From assembly GCA_052327205.1 (NCBI GenBank), contig CM126212.1, forward strand, positions 17,298,001-17,362,000: a DNA stretch of 64,000 bases, in the 5' to 3' direction. Origin of the DNA: Somniosus microcephalus. Taxonomy: Eukaryota. The notes under the pieces are model-generated. The model worked only from the letters and a program-made list of their open reading frames with translations. It made no database searches and was not told the origin of the DNA. Positions 35,561 through 49,800 of the stretch are shown here, one piece after another (position 1 is the first letter of the stretch; every line of letters begins with the position of its first letter). Both the position numbers and the translations under genes were made by a program.

Positions 35561-37827
35561 CAAATCAAATCAAATCAAATCAACTTTTATTGTCATTGTT
35601 AGTGCACAAGTGCAGTACAACGAAATGTAGGCTTGCGGCTCCCGAGAGTGTACATTTAGATTAAGACATTTAAACATTCAACATACATTTGGCTTGTAAT
35701 ATATTAACATAAACATAACCATAATAAAGTGCATTGGCAGATGTGCAGGCTTTAGAGTTTATTTGTGGAGTTCAGTAGGATGACAGCCCTGGGAAAGAAG
35801 CTGTTCCTAAATCTGGTCGTACGGGTGCGAATGCATCTGTAGCGTCTCCCAGATGGCAGGAGGGCGAACAGACTGTGGCTGGGGTGGGTAGGGTCTTTGA
35901 TGATGGACCGTGACCTCCGTAAACAGCGTTTCTGGTATATGTGCTCTATGGTCGGTAGCCGGGTGCCGGTAATGCGTTGGGCAGTTTTGACTACTCGCTG
36001 CAGGGCTTTCCGGTCATAGTAGCTGCAGCTGCCATACCATACTGTGATACAGTTTGTCAGGATGCTCTCTATTGTGCAGCGGTAAAAGTTAGAGAGGATC
36101 AGGGGTGACAGGTTACATCCCTTCAGCCTCCTTAGGAAATATAGGCGCTGCTGGTCCTTCTTCACCAGAGAGGAGGTATTGAGGGACCAGGAGAGGTCTT
36201 CCGTGATGTGGACTCCGAGGAACTTAAAGCTGTCCACCCTTTCCACCACAGCCCCATTGATGTGGATGGGGGTGTGACTTCCGCCTTTAGACTTCCTGAA
36301 GTCCACAATGATTTCTTTGGTTTTCTTGATGTTAAGGGCCAGGTTGTTATCGGCGCACCACTTCACGAGATGCTGGACCTCCTCCCTGTAGGCTGACTCA
36401 TCGTTGTTGGTGATCTGACCTACTACCGTGGTATCATCCGCAAACTTGATGATGGTGTTGGAACCATGAACAGCCACACAGTCGTGGGTGAAGAGGGAGT
36501 AGAGGAGGGGGCTCAGCACACATCCTTGTGGGGCCCCCGTGTTCAGGGTCAGGGTGGGGGAGGTGTGGTTACCTAATTTGACAGACTGGGGTCTGTTTGT
36601 TAGGAAGTCCAGGGTCCAGTTGCAGAGGGAAGTGTTCAGGCCAAGAGTTTGGAGTTTGGTGGCCAGCTTGTTGGGGACGATAGTGTTGAATGCTGAGCTG
36701 TAGTCTATGAACAGCATTCTGATGTAGGTCTCCTTACCATCTAAGTGATTCAGTGCCGAGTGTAGAGCAGTTGTGATTGCATCCTCCGTTGATCTGTTTG
36801 CACGATAGGCAAACTGGTGTTGGTCAAGAGAGGCGGGAACACTGGCTTTGATGTGAGACAGGACCAGTCTCTCGAAACACTTCATTATGATGGGTGTGAG
36901 TGCGACAGGTCGATAGTCGTTCAGGCACGTCACAGCCGTTTGTTTTGGCACAGGAATAATGGTAGCGGTCTTGAAGCATGTAGGGACTACTGCCTGGGCC
37001 AATGACAGATTGAAGATGGCGGTGAAGACATCAGCCAGCTGATCAGCACATTCCTTGAGTACCCGTCCAGGGATGCTATCCGGTCCAGCAGCTTTTCGTG
37101 TGTTCACTCTGCGTAGAACACCCCTTACATCGGAGGTCAACAGAGTGAGCACCTGGTCTTCCGGGGGTGGCAAGGCTTTGGTAGCCGGCTCCCTGTTGTC
37201 CCTGTCGAAGCGAGCGTAGAAGTTGTTAAGCTCCTCCGGAAGGGAGGCATCGCTAACCGGGGGGCTGGTGTTTTTGCCCTTGTAGTCAGTGATGGACTGG
37301 ATGCCTTGCCACATGCGCCGGGGGTCCGAGTTGTTGTGGAAATGATCCTCTATCCGCAGTGTCCGTTTCCTTTTGGCAGTCCTGACCCCCTTTTTTAGGT
37401 TGGTCCTAGCTGCACTGTAAGCCGCCGCGTCGCCAGATTTAAATGCTGCGTTGCGTGCTTTCAGCAGTGAGCGGACCTCTCCGTTCATCCAGGGTTTCTG
37501 GTTGGGGTATGTCCTGATATTTTTATGGGTCGTGACGACCTCGACGCAGCTGTTAATGTAGAATAGCACTGTGGATGCGTATTCCTCGATGTCATTATGG
37601 GCAAACATGCCCCAATCAGTGCGTTCGAAGCAATCCTGAAGCTCCGATACTGCCCCCTCTGGCCATACTTTCACTGCTCTCACTGATGTTCTCCCTCTTT
37701 TGATGAGCGGTTTGTATGCCGGGGCTAGAAACAGGGAGAGGTGGTCAGACTTCCCAAGGCGGGGGCAGGGAATGGCCTTATAAGCGTCTACAATGCTTGT
37801 GTAGACTTGGTCCAGTGTGTTCTCCCC
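35561..37827 (-). mobile_element. 5'-truncated Rex1/Babar-type LINE
   Basis: (ATTTG)n tail at 35561-35583; probable TSD tctcat (35555-35560, 37828-37833); uninterrupted ORF. Confidence 0.85.
35752..37827 (-). CDS. Rex1-type endonuclease C-terminus plus reverse transcriptase, N-truncated
   Basis: [78 protein letters not shown]; about 690 codons without a stop. Confidence 0.9.
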   Translation of the reverse strand, partial: GENTLDQVYTSIVDAYKAIPCPRLGKSDHLSLFLAPAYKPLIKRGRTSVRAVKVWPEGAVSELQDCFERTDWGMFAHNDIEEYASTVLFYINSCVEVVTTHKNIRTYPNQKPWMNGEVRSLLKARNAAFKSGDAAAYSAARTNLKKGVRTAKRKRTLRIEDHFHNNSDPRRMWQGIQSITDYKGKNTSPPVSDASLPEELNNFYARFDRDNREPATKALPPPEDQVLTLLTSDVRGVLRRVNTRKAAGPDSIPGRVLKECADQLADVFTAIFNLSLAQAVVPTCFKTATIIPVPKQTAVTCLNDYRPVALTPIIMKCFERLVLSHIKASVPASLDQHQFAYRANRSTEDAITTALHSALNHLDGKETYIRMLFIDYSSAFNTIVPNKLATKLQTLGLNTSLCNWTLDFLTNRPQSVKLGNHTSPTLTLNTGAPQGCVLSPLLYSLFTHDCVAVHGSNTIIKFADDTTVVGQITNNDESAYREEVQHLVKWCADNNLALNIKKTKEIIVDFRKSKGGSHTPIHINGAVVERVDSFKFLGVHITEDLSWSLNTSSLVKKDQQRLYFLRRLKGCNLSPLILSNFYRCTIESILTNCITVWYGSCSYYDRKALQRVVKTAQRITGTRLPTIEHIYQKRCLRRSRSIIKDPTHPSHSLFALLPSGRRYRCIRTRTTRFRNSFFPRAVILLNSTNKL

Positions 37828-38024
37828 TCTCATTTCCATTCCATTTCAAATCTCTCCCCATTTTCATTTCCATTGACTTCCATTGATGATTGTTCAAAGT
37901 CAAAATTACCCCCAATGTGTCGGGACCGATTTAAAAAAAGTATTGATAACTAGAGGTAAATATAAGGGATACAGCACAGACTATATATAAAGCAAAAATG
38001 GGTGTTGCTGGGGACTTTCATTGG

Positions 38025-38420
38025 AGACTTGAGCACAAAAATCTAGGCTGACACTCCCAGTGCTGTGCTGAGGGAGTGCTGCACTGTCAGAGGTGCCGTC
38101 TTTCAGGTGAGATGTTAAACTGAGGCCCCGTCTGCCTTCTCAGGTGGACGTAAAAGATCCCACGGCACTATTTCGAAGAAGAGCAGGGGAGTTTTCCCTG
38201 GTGTCCTGGCCAATATTTATCCCTCAATCAACATCACAACAACAGATTATCTGGTCATTATCATATTGCTGTTTGTGGGAGCTTGCTGTGCGCAAATTGG
38301 CTGTCGCGTTTCCTACATTACAACAGTGACTACACTTCAAAAGTACTTCATTGGCTGTAAAGCGCTTTGAGACATCCGGTGGTCCTGAAAGGCGCTATAT
38401 AAATGCAAGTCTTTCTTTCA
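38025..38420 (+). mobile_element. tRNA/Deu SINE copy, 5' truncated
   Basis: Deu core and L2-type tail. Confidence 0.8.
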
Positions 38421-39462
38421 TATATCAGGGCAGTTTGAGAAGTTGTCTTGTAACAGGATTACGTATATATCTATTATTAGAAATGAACACACTTTAAAAT
38501 ATAATTTATAAAATCTAATAAGCCTTCGCTGAGAACATTCAGTCTTGCTGAATCCAAATGATCTTCAAAAGCCTTAAGTGTGTAAAAATTGAAAAATAAC
38601 TGTTTTCTGGCGGGGGTGGGGGGGAGGCGGTGGGGGTGGGAGGGGGCGGTTTACGCAGTTGCCCTGTTGTGAATATTTGGGAACTACTTACCTTTTCAAT
38701 CATATTAAATGATACACTCTTTCTTCAGGTTAAAATATAGCCACTTCACTTGGCATGTTTGATATTCAGACACTGAGTCAGTACAGCTCCTGTCAGAGTC
38801 TCTCAATGCATCATTAAAAAGGAATTTTATTATAATTCATCATTATAAACAGACTCAGTAAACATAGATCCAAAGCAAATTGAAGATAGAAGTAATGCAG
38901 AGACAGATGCTTGCGGACACCAGCCTCAATCTTTTCCCCTGTAAGTGTTGAAACATAGACAAAACAAATATAAAGGAAAAATTTGCATTTATCTAGTTCC
39001 TTACTTGCTCAGAAGTGCCCCAAAGCACTTCACATCTAGTGAATTACTTCTGAAATGTTGTCACAGAATGTCTTGTAGGCTAGTTTGCATGCAGCTGGAT
39101 AATACGAACAGCAAATTAAGCATGCACTACATTGGCTGTAAAGCGCTTTGGGATGTCCTGAAGTTGTGAAAGGCGCTATAGAAAGGCAAGTCTTTCTTTC
39201 TTTCAAAGTGTGTAAGGTGATGCAGCAGCAGCACGTGGGTGTGCCATGCTGCTGTTAGTGCATTGTTGGGTGCAAGACTTTGCCCATAACGCCCCATATG
39301 GCAAGTGACATGAATCTGGTCATTCATGAAAGAAAGACTTATGAAATAATACTGAGCGGCCTACGGGTGGCACTGTCCAGGGAGTGTATAAATACTCGGG
39401 CACGGGCCCAGCTTGCGCAGGACATTCTTAACAGGAACTGGTGAAGGACACAACTAGACCTC

Positions 39463-42400
39463 TGTAGTGTATGTACTTTGCAGAAGGAACGATATTCTGC
39501 AGCCCCTGTATACTGCAGTACCAGTAGTGACCACCCCTGTATATAAGCCTGTGGAATAACTTTGCATAGTAGTTCCAGTTTTGTCTCCACTCAGTAAACA
39601 CCTGTTGTAACCAACTCCTGCAGTCCGTGTCTCAATTACACACGGACATAATACTGGCAACGAGCAGATCCAAACTTACCGACAGTTCTGCACCACCTCA
39701 TGGGGATCCATCCCTGAAGCAAAATTGTTAGAGGTCGAGGCCAGAAGGAAGAAAGAAAAAAAAAACAAACAGAAGAAACGGGTGTCGACCGTGGGCAACC
39801 GCCTCTGATTCATCGGATTTGAAGATTTGCAGGAGAGGCTGTCGAGAGCGGGGCTTGGTTATCCTGTCTATGGTGTTCCAGCTAATCGGGCTGGTGGCAG
39901 GTAGTACACTGATCCTTCCTGGGCTGCGGCGGGCTAGAGCTCGATCGGGTGGCTTTTCAACGGGGCCGAGCAGCGTTGTCGGGAAGAGGAGAGAGAGAGA
40001 GAGGGTGGAGCACACAGGGCGCGGCCGGTGCTACGAAGCCGGGCAGCGTACAGACCCGAGAAGAGGGAGGAAAGTGTCCCGTAGGGTTTGCCCTGACGAC
40101 GGGAAAATAAAAGAAAGTAGAAGCGCAGAAAGCCGCGAGGAGCTGCAGTTTGCCACGGGGACCGCGGAGAGCGGCGTTAGCAGCAGCGCGGGGGGGGGGA
40201 AGTGCGCGAAGACCATAGGGCATCGCCATCAAGGCATAAAAACGCCAGCAACAGCGCTAGCAGCAGCGGAGAAGACAGAAAGCGCGGGAGGCGCCATCTT
40301 AATCCAACGGGGAAGAAGGCAAAGCGCGGGAGGCGCCAATTTGTTCAATCGGGGAAGAAGGCAAAGCGCGGGAGGCGCCATCTTAGATTTCCAAGATGCC
40401 GAAGACTGGCAATATCACTGCCTTCGATAATGCAATAGAAGACTGGACCACGTGTGTGGAAAGAGTCGAAGTATATTGCAAGGCAAACGAAGTAGCCGAT
40501 GAGAAAAAGGCATCGGTACTACTAAACTTAATGGGCGCAGGAATGTACGGCCTATTGCGGAACCTGATCACTCCAGCCAAACCGATGGCGAAGAGTTTTA
40601 ACGAAATTGTTGATATCCTATAGGAACACCTAAATCCTACAACGCTGCTGATAGCAGAAAAATTTAAATTCCACAAGAGAAATCAGCATAAAGATGAGAG
40701 CAATGCTGATTACCTTACGGAACTACGCAAGCTATCGAGGCACTGCCAGTTCGGAGCAGGACTGGCAGATACCCTATGGGACAAATTTGTCTGTGGACTC
40801 CTGAGTGAAGGAACCCAGAAGAGGTTACTCTCAGAGAAAGAGCTGACGCTAGATAAGGCTTTCAGCATGGCAGTATCGTACGAAGCAGCAGCAAGGGGAG
40901 CTGCGGAAATACAGCAAAAGCCACAGGAATACGGCACCCATGAAATGACACGGGAATTTGAAAAATGTTATCGCTGCGGCAGAACAACCCATGACCAGAA
41001 GGACTGCTGGTCCAAGGACAAAATATGCAGGCAATGCGGAAAGATGGGACACATTGCACGAGTTTGCAGGTCTGGGAAGAAGACTAACGACAACAAAAAC
41101 GCTACTAAGGAACAGTACAGGAAAGTAAACAAGATGACGGACAGTAGTTCCGAAGACCAGAAGAGCGATAGTGAATCCGGGAACAAGAGACTAAGCTGTC
41201 TCAAACTTCACAACGTAATCGCAAAAGAGGATCACCAAACCATTTGGGTCACCCTCACGATAGCAGGGTCCCAAGTCAAAATGGAATTGGATACAGGATC
41301 AGCCCTGACCGTCATGAATCGACGAGACTACGAGCGGCTATTCTCACACATACCCTTGAAAGAGACATCCATTGTCTTGAAGACGTATACGGGGCAGAAA
41401 GTATACCCCAGAGGGAAAATAAGGGTGCCTGTCGAATACAACGGCAAGGAAATACAGAAATTGTATCTCTACATACTGCAAGATGGTGGACCACCGTTAT
41501 TGGGACGTGAATGGATCAGAAAGATAAGTTTAGACTGGCACTCCATTCAGGCACTGACTGTGGCTGGTAAAAAGGATGACGACATCACACCTGGATGATT
41601 GTCAAAAATCTTAGCTAACGCTAAAGAGGTATTTCAACAAGAACTGGGAACTCTTAAAGGCGTAACCGCCTCGATAAAAATAGAAGAGAATGCAATTCCC
41701 AAGTTTTTCAAAGCAAGACCAGTACCGTACGCAATTCGCCCAGCCGTCGAGGCAGAGCTGGAGAATCTGGAGAATGCAGGCGTGTTATCTAAGGTAGACT
41801 GGAGCGAGTGGGCGACACCCATCGTTCCTGTCATGAAAAAAATGTTAAACAATAAGTCTGAGGAGCCAAGGAAGGTTCGCATCTGTGGGGACTTCAAGGT
41901 GATGGTGAACCCAGTCCTTCGCACAGTACAGTATCCTCTCCCGAGGATAGAAGATATTTTCGCCTCACTATCTGGAGGGAAGCGTTTTACAAAAATTGAC
42001 CTAGCACAAGCATATTTGCAGATGGAGGTTGAAGAATCCTCTAGGAAGTATCTCACGATAAACACTCACAAAGGTCTTTACCAGTATAATCGACTGGTAT
42101 TCGGAGTAGCATCAGCTCCGGCGATATGGCAAAGAGCGATGGAACAAGTCCTGCAAGGGATTCCGGGGACTCAGTGTTACTTGGACGACATCCTAGTGAC
42201 AGGTGAAAATGACAGTGAACACCTTGCCAACCTAGAGCAGGTGCTCACTAGACTAAGAGAACACGGGCTACGAGCCAATCGCCCCAAGTGCGAGTTTTTT
42301 AAGAAACAGATATCGTATTGTGGCCCCGTGATTGATGAAGAGGGGTTACACAAGTCTCCTGACAAAATTGAAGCGGTAGTTAAGGCTCCAGCGCCTGAAA

Positions 42401-44633
42401 ATGTGTCACAACTGAGGTCATTCCTCGGATTGGTGAATTACTACCATAAGTTTTTGCCGAATTTGTCCACAATTCTGCGCCCACTGAACGCCCTACTACA
42501 AACTGGAGTAGCATGGAAATGGAGCGATGAATATAAGCGGGCCTTTCAGAAGAGTAAAGACCTAATCACTTCAAGAGAAGTATTGGCTCACTACAACCCA
42601 TCACTACCGATAAGACTGGCGTGTGATACGGCATTGGAGCGGTACTGTCACATAAATTCCTTGATGGTTCAGAGAGGCCGATAGCTTTTACGTCACGCTC
42701 GTTAACTTCAGCCGAGCGTAACTACGCCCACATTGACAGAGAGGCCCTCAGCCTGGTGTGGGGGGTGAAGAAGTTCAATCACTACCTGCACGGTCAGAAA
42801 TTTACTCTACTAACTGATCATCAACCTCTCGTCTCCATTTTCAACCCTCAGAAGGACATCCCGATAATGACAGCACAACGGCTACAGAGGTGGTCCCTTT
42901 TCCTAGGGGCACACCAATATGACATCGAGTACAAAGGAACTAAACAGCATGGGAATGCTGATGGATTGTCACGCCTACCGTTGCCGACGGTGGAAGAAGC
43001 ACCTGCAGTGGATCCTGTGGAGATATTCCACTCGACCATAGTCGAATGTCTACCTGTGACGAATGCAAACATAGAAAAGGGAACACGAAATGACCCGACA
43101 CTCTCCAGGGTCTATGATTTAGCGGTGAAGGGATGGCCAGCACATGGCGAACCACTGTTGCCAGCATTCTCGCCGAGAAGAGAACAGCTGTCAGTGTGCA
43201 GAGGAACCTTGATGTGTGGATCCAGAGTAGTAATTCCACCCAAATTGAAGGATAGAGTGCTCAATGAGCTTCATGAGGGTCATCTGGGAGGGGTAAAAAT
43301 GAAGAACTTAGCCAGAGCCTTTGTGTGGTGGCCGGGAATCGATAGAGAAATCGAAGAGATGACCAAGAGCTGTACAGGATGCCAGAAGGTCCAAAACGCC
43401 CCACCACAAGCCCCTCTACATCCATGGGAGTGGCCCTCATCTCCATGGCAAAGGGCGCACATTTATTTTGCTGGTCCATTTATGGACTCGATGTTTTTAA
43501 TTGCGGTGGATGCACATTCAAAGTGGCCAGAGGTAATAAAAATGTCCTCAACCACCACAGAAAAAACTATCGCAGTCTTACGAACCATATTCGCCAGAAA
43601 TGGGCTGCCTGAACAGATTTGCTCCGACAATGGACCACAGTTTGTGTCTGAAGAGTTCCGGAGGTTCTTAAAGAACAATGGTGTTAAGCATTACACCTCC
43701 GCCCCATATCATCCAGCCACCAATGGATTGGCTGAGAGGTTCGTTCAAACATTCAAGAAGGCTATCAAGGCAATGTGTAATGAAGACATACCCCTACAAC
43801 ACAAGGTGGATAACTTCTTGTTTGCCTACCGGAATGCGACACATGCGGTTACCAACCAAACTCCAGCCATGATGTTCTTCAATCGAAGACTACGATGCCG
43901 CTTGGATTTGGTTAAGCCAAACATCAGAAGAGATGTGGAGAACAGGCAGTTTCAGAATATGAATGAAAGGCCGACCAGGAATTTTAAGATAGGTCAACCA
44001 GTTTTGGCCCGGGACTACCGCACAGAGAAATGGCAGCCAGGAATGATCTGCACACGGCAAGGACCTCTAATGTATACCGTGGATGTTGGAGAGAGCATTG
44101 TAAGACGCCATGCTGACCAGATTCTAGAGTCACTGGAAAACGTCAAATCCACACCACGATCCGATACACCTGGTGATGAAACCGAAGTGCCAATTGCATC
44201 TACCTCAGAATCGGTGATATTGGAAGCAGATGAACCAAACAACGACGTTGATCCCGAATCAACTTTGCCAGAAGAACCTGATACCCCAAAGAGGCGTTAT
44301 CCAGACAGAATCAGGAAGCCTCCTCAAAGACTGAACTTATAATTGCTTAACTTCAGCTAATGTATATAGCAACTGTAATTGTAAATATGTTATTTAATTA
44401 TTAATCGAATGTTATGTACTGTTTAGCTAAAAGGGGAGGAATTGTAGTGTATGTACTTTGCAGAAGGAACTATATTCTGCAGCCCCTGTATATTGCAGTA
44501 CCAGTAGTGACCACCCCTGTATATAAGCCTGTGGAGTAACTTTGCATAGTAGTTCCAGTTTTGTCTCCACTCAGTAAACACCTGTTGTAACCAACTCCTG
44601 CAGTCCGTGTCTCAATTACACACGGACATAATA
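39463..44633 (+). mobile_element. Full-length Ty3/Gypsy (Mag-type) LTR retrotransposon 1, disabled
   Basis: 191-bp LTRs 39463-39653 and 44443-44633 (3 differences by eye); TSD acctc; PBS tggcaacgag (tRNA-Ser-like); PPT aaaaggggagga. Confidence 0.95.
40396..44342 (+). pseudogene. gag-pol (gag, CCHC x2, PR, RT, RNaseH, IN) with stops and a frameshift
   Basis: LDTGS, YLDD, HEGH..C..C, SDNG, AERF motifs; stops at 40621 and 41596; frameshift near 42625. Confidence 0.93.
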
Positions 44634-45079
44634 ACCTCCATGTTGTAAAACAGTTGATTAAAGCTTTGTTTAACGCTTAGACCAAGTGCCTAGTAGTTTT
44701 CTTACATCAGCAAGTTTAGAGCATTGGGCAGGGGGTGGGTGGGGGTGTGGAAAGGAGGCTACGAACACAGGGACCCAAACGTCTTCATAAAAGATGGCTG
44801 CCAATCAGCATTATTCATATACTGGGACTAAAGAGTGGTGCTAACGATTGGAAGTGGAGAAATTGGTGTGGTAGTGGGTGATTGGGGCACAATGTGTACA
44901 AGGGTGTCCAAGCGTGCCGAAAGTTGAGAAGCCATTCCTCGACTCCGGCATCCTTTACCTCGATGAGCATAAGAATACTGTAAGCAATCACATACACAGA
45001 TGAATCACGCCACAAGGTGCTTGTCAGACGAGACCAACGTGCATGTACAGTGCACTTCAACGCTCCCACATTGTAAAAA

Positions 45080-45291
45080 TATTTCCACTGACTCCCGCTT
45101 TCTTTGTTTTCAGTATCAGCCTTTTTAAAGGATTTTATATCAAAGGCCTTACTGAAATCCAAGTGTACCACCTCCACTACCTTACTTCTATCAAGATCCT
45201 CTGTCATACCCTCAAAGAAAATCAGTAAGTTAGATTGGCAAGACAGCGCCTTCATGAACCCATATTTCATCAAAGAGGACTTAGATAACAT
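45080..45291 (-). mobile_element. Ancient CR1 RT fragment
   Basis: YGFMKALSCQSNLLIFFE..VHLDFSKAFD. Confidence 0.6.
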
Positions 45292-45737
45292 ACAAACCGC
45301 CCCGTCTGACCCTGCAATTCCTCAGGATCCGGCACCAATGGCGTACTCCGGTGTTCACCCTGCCAGAGTTTGCGGGATCTCCTTAGTATGGGGCAGGGAT
45401 GCGTTCAAACACCGTTATAGGTACATCATGGATGCTGCCTGGCCTGCTGAGTATTTCCAGCATTTTCTGTTGTTATAGGTACATCTGTGGCTTTTGCCTT
45501 TCCCATGCCTATGGAAACTCTGGCCTTGGTTCACCGTTGTGGAGGGAGGGGCTGTCTAGATCCTCCGCCACCCACCCCCACACCCCGACCTCGGCAATTG
45601 TCCTATTGTCCCCCTGAACAGGGTTCTTCAGGGGTTCAGGCTGCCTGCCTGGCCTGGACTCTACTGGTTTTGCCCACTTACACCCAGGCTTAGGTTGGTA
45701 TACCTCTGCTCGCTCAGCGTACTGGCCACCACATAGA

Positions 45738-46593
45738 TTCTCATTGAAACATATAAGATTCTGAGAGGCTTGACAGGGTAGATGCTGAGCGGTTGTTTCC
45801 CCTGGCTGGAGAGTCTAGAACTAGGGGGCATAGTCTCAGGATAAGGGGTCGGCCACTTAAGACTGAGATGAGGAGGAATTTCTTCACTCAGTGGGTTGTG
45901 AACCTTTGGAATTCTCTACCTGAAAGGGCTGCGGATGCTGAGTTGTTTGGTATATTCAAGGCTGAGATAGATTGTTGGACTCTAGGGTGTCAACAGTGTC
46001 AGCTGTGGCTCAGTTGGAAGCACACATGCCTTCTGAGTTAGAATAGTTGGGGGTTCAAGTCCCACTCCAGGGAGTTGAGCACATAAAGCTAGGCTAACAC
46101 TCTCAGTGCACTGCTGAGGGAGTGCTGCACTGTCAGAGGTGCTGACTTTCGGATGAGATATTAAACTGAGGCCTCCATCTGCTCTCTCAGGTGGGTGTAA
46201 AAAAAGATCCCATGGCACTATTTCGAAGAAGTTATCTCCGGTGTCCTGGCCAATATTTATCCCTCAACCAACATAATAAAAACTGATTATCTGGTCATTG
46301 TCACATTGCTGTTTGTGGGACCTTGCGGTGCGCAAACTGGCTGCTGTGTTTCCCACCTTACAACAGTGACCACACTTCAAAAAGTACTTCATTGGCTGTA
46401 AAGTGCTTTGAGACGTCCGGTGGTCGTGAAAGGCACTATATAAATGCAAGTCTTTCTTTTCTTTTTAGGGGAATCAAGGGATATGGGGATCGGGTGGGAA
46501 AGTGGAGTTGAAGTCGAAGATCAGCCATGATCTTATTGAAAGGCTTAAGTGGCTGTATGGCCTACTCCTGCTCTTAATTCTTATGTTCTTATG
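45738..46593 (+). mobile_element. CR1 3' fragment interrupted by a full tRNA/Deu SINE (about 45997-46465)
   Basis: CR1 coding remnant stops at ~45987 and resumes ggaatcaagggatatggg at ~46470. Confidence 0.8.
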
Positions 46594-46862
46594 CAGGAAC
46601 CACTGGCTTGGGGAGTCCCATTACCCCCGTCTGTCATTTGCCTGGCAATGGGGTGAACGGAGGTCCCACCTGATGTAAGAAAACTACTAGGCACTTGGTC
46701 TAAGCGTTAAACAAAGCTTTAATCAACTGTTTTACAACATGGAAGTCCAGTTGTGTCCTTCACTAGTTCCTGTAAAAGAATGTCCTGAGCAAGCTGGGCC
46801 CGTGCCCGAGTATTTATACTCTCCCTGGACAGCGCCACCAGCAGGCCGCCCAGTATTATTTC

Positions 46863-49800
46863 TGTAGTGTCCGTGTGTAGATAAAGACACTGAAGACAGG
46901 AGTTGGTTCATAGGTATTTACTAAGCAAGTCTGGGGGGGGGGTTTCTAAAGGATATACACAATACACAGGCTTATATAGCCCAAGTGGCAATTACTGGCA
47001 TTACGCACACCTGGGGCTCTTAAAGGCACATACACCATAATTGCTCCCCTTCTAGCTAACTAGTACATCATATTTTAAGTAATTATTAATTACATGTTAT
47101 ATGCAAAATAATATACATTGCTGTATTAATTAATTATAAGTTAGTCTCTCAGGAGGCTTCCTGACTCGGTCCGGATAACGCCTCGGGGGTGTAGTAGTTT
47201 CTGGTGGTGTAGTAGGTTCTTCTGGCAAGGCTGATTCGGCTTGAAGGCCAGTGTCGGGTTCATCGGGCTCCAGTATCACCGGATCGGAGGTAGATATGGG
47301 TATCTCTACTTCATCGTTAGATGTATAGAGTGGTGGTGTAGGTTGTCCCTTTTCGGATGACTTGATGATTTGGTCAGCATGGCGCCTTATTATGCTGTCT
47401 CCGATGTCCACGGTATACATCAGTGGTCCTAATCGTGTGCAGATAGTTCCAGGCTGCCATTTCTCGGTACGGTAGTCCCGGGCCAAAACCGGTTGGCCTA
47501 TCTGGAAGGCCCTAGTTGGCCTTTCATTCATGCCCTGAAACTGCCGGTTCTCCACGTCCCTTCGGATGTTGGGCTTGACCAAATCCAGCCGGCATCTTAG
47601 GTTTCTATTGTAGAACATCATGGCGGGAGTTTGGTTAGTAACCATATGCGTTGCATTCCTATATGCAAATAAGAAGTTATCCACCTTGTGCTGAAGTTTT
47701 ATGTCTTCATTACCCATGGCCTTGATGGCCTTCTTGAAGGTCTGGACAAACCTTTCAGCCAATCCATTGGTGGCGGGATGGTATGGGGCGGACGTGTAGT
47801 GCTTTACCCCATTGTTCTTTAAGAACTTTCTGAATTCTTCGGACACAAATTGCGGTCCATTATCAGAACATATCTGCTCCGGCAGCCCATTCCTGGCAAA
47901 TATGGTCCTTAATACTGTGATGGTTTTTTCCGTGGTGGTGGAGGACATCTTTATTACCTCCGGCCACTTGGAGTGTGCATCAACTGCGATTAAGAACATT
48001 GAGTCCAAAAATGGACCAGCAAAGTCGATGTGCACCCTTTGCCAGGGAGATGAGGGCCACTCCCATGGATGTAGAGGGGCCTGTGGCGGAGCATTTTGGA
48101 CCTTCTGGCATCCTAGGCAGCTCTTGGTCATGTCTTCGATGTCTCCATTGATACCTGGCCACCATACAAACGCCCTAGCTAGGTTCTTCATTTTCACTCC
48201 ACCCAGATGTCCCTCGTGAAGCTCCTTTAGCACTTTATCCTGGAGTTTGGGTGGAATCACCACTCTGGATCCACACATCAAGGTTCCTCGGCACACTGAC
48301 AGCTGTTCTCTTCTTTGCGAGAATGCCGGCAACAGTGGTTCGCCATGTGCTGGCCATCCCTTCACTGTTAAATCGTAGACCCGTGAGAGAGTAGGGTCAT
48401 TTCTTGTCTCCCTTTCAATGGCAGAATTTGTCACCGGTAGACATTCCACTATGGTAGAGTGGAATATTTCTACTGGGTCTACTGTAGGTGCCTCTTCTAT
48501 CGTTGGCAACGGTAGGCGTGATAAACAGTCAGCATTCCCATGCTGTTTTGACCCTTTGTATTCAATGTTGTATTGGTGTGCCCCTAGAAAAAGGGACCAC
48601 CTCTGTAGTCTTTGTGCCGTCATAATGGGGACACCTTTTTTAGGGTTGAATATGGAGATGAGGGGTTGATGGTCAGTCAGCAAGGTAAATTTTTGTCCGT
48701 GTAGGTAATGGTTGAATTTCTTCACTCCCCATACCAGGCTGAGTGCTTCCCTGTCTATCTGGGCATAGTTACGCTCAGCTGAGTTCAATGAGCGTGACGC
48801 AAAAGCTATCGGCCGTTCCGAGCCATCAGGGAATCTATGGGACAATACCGCTCCTATGCCGTAAGGGGATGCATCGCACGCCAGTCTGATTGGTAGTGAT
48901 GGGTTGTAATGAGCCAAAATTTTCTCGGATGTGATTAAGTCTTTACATTTATGGAAGGCACGTTTACAGTCTTCGTTCCATTTCCAAATCACTCCTGTCT
49001 GTAGAAGATCATTAAGAGGGTGTAGAATAGTTGATAAGTTCGGTAAAAATTTATGATAGTAATTTATTAATCCCAGGAATGACCTTAATTGTGAAACATT
49101 TTCAGGTGCTGGGGCTTTTATAACTGCTTCAATTTTTTCAGGTGACTTATGCAACCCTTCCTTATTAATTATGTGGCCACAATATGATATCTGATTTTGG
49201 AAAAATTCGCACTTGTGGCGATTTGCTCGTAGGCCCCGTCCTTTCAGCCTAGTGAGCACCTGCTCCAAATTGGCAAGGTGCTCGTTGTCGTTTTCTCCTG
49301 TTATAAGGATGTCGTCTAGGTAGCATTGAGTCCCCGGAATCCCTTGCAGGACTTGCTCCATAGCTCTTTGCCAGATAGCTGGAGCTGATGCTATTCCAAA
49401 AACCAGTCGATTGTACTGGTACAGGCCTTTGTGTGTGTTTATTGTGAGATACTTTTTAGAGGTCTCCTCAACCTCCATCTGTAGATATGCCTGTGCCAAG
49501 TCAATTTTTGTGAAACGTTTCCCTCCGGATAGTGAGGCGAAAATATCTTCTATCCTCGGAAGAGGATACTGTACCGTGTGAAGGACCGGGTTTACAGTCA
49601 CCTTAAAGTCTCCACAGATGCGAATTTTTTTCTGTTCCTCAGAGTTATTTTTCAATGTTTTTTTCATGACTGGAACGATGGGTGTTGCCCATTCGCTCCA
49701 ATCTATTTTGGATAATATGCCTGCCTTTTCCAAATTCTTCAGCTCTGCCTCGACTGCCGGACGTATTGCGTATGGCACCGGTCTTGCCTTAAAAAATTTT

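Larger units (their letters stand above)
35494..37913. mobile_element. Small Harbinger-type MITE interrupted by a Rex1-type LINE
   Basis: TIRs gggggtaaatttgacttt / aaagtcaaaattaccccc; flanks aac/aat. Confidence 0.7.
39306..44709 (+). mobile_element. 228-bp solo LTR copy A, interrupted by Gypsy element 1
   Basis: TGACATG...ACATCA ends; TSD gcaag on both sides; halves at 39306-39462 and 44639-44709; TATA (gtataaat) and ATTAAA. Confidence 0.88.

Noticed and set aside
38685-38795. Possible minus-strand exon ending ATGATTGAAAAG|GTAAGT (MIEK)
   Set aside because: The donor is good, but the peptide is too short to identify and no partner exons are recognisable.
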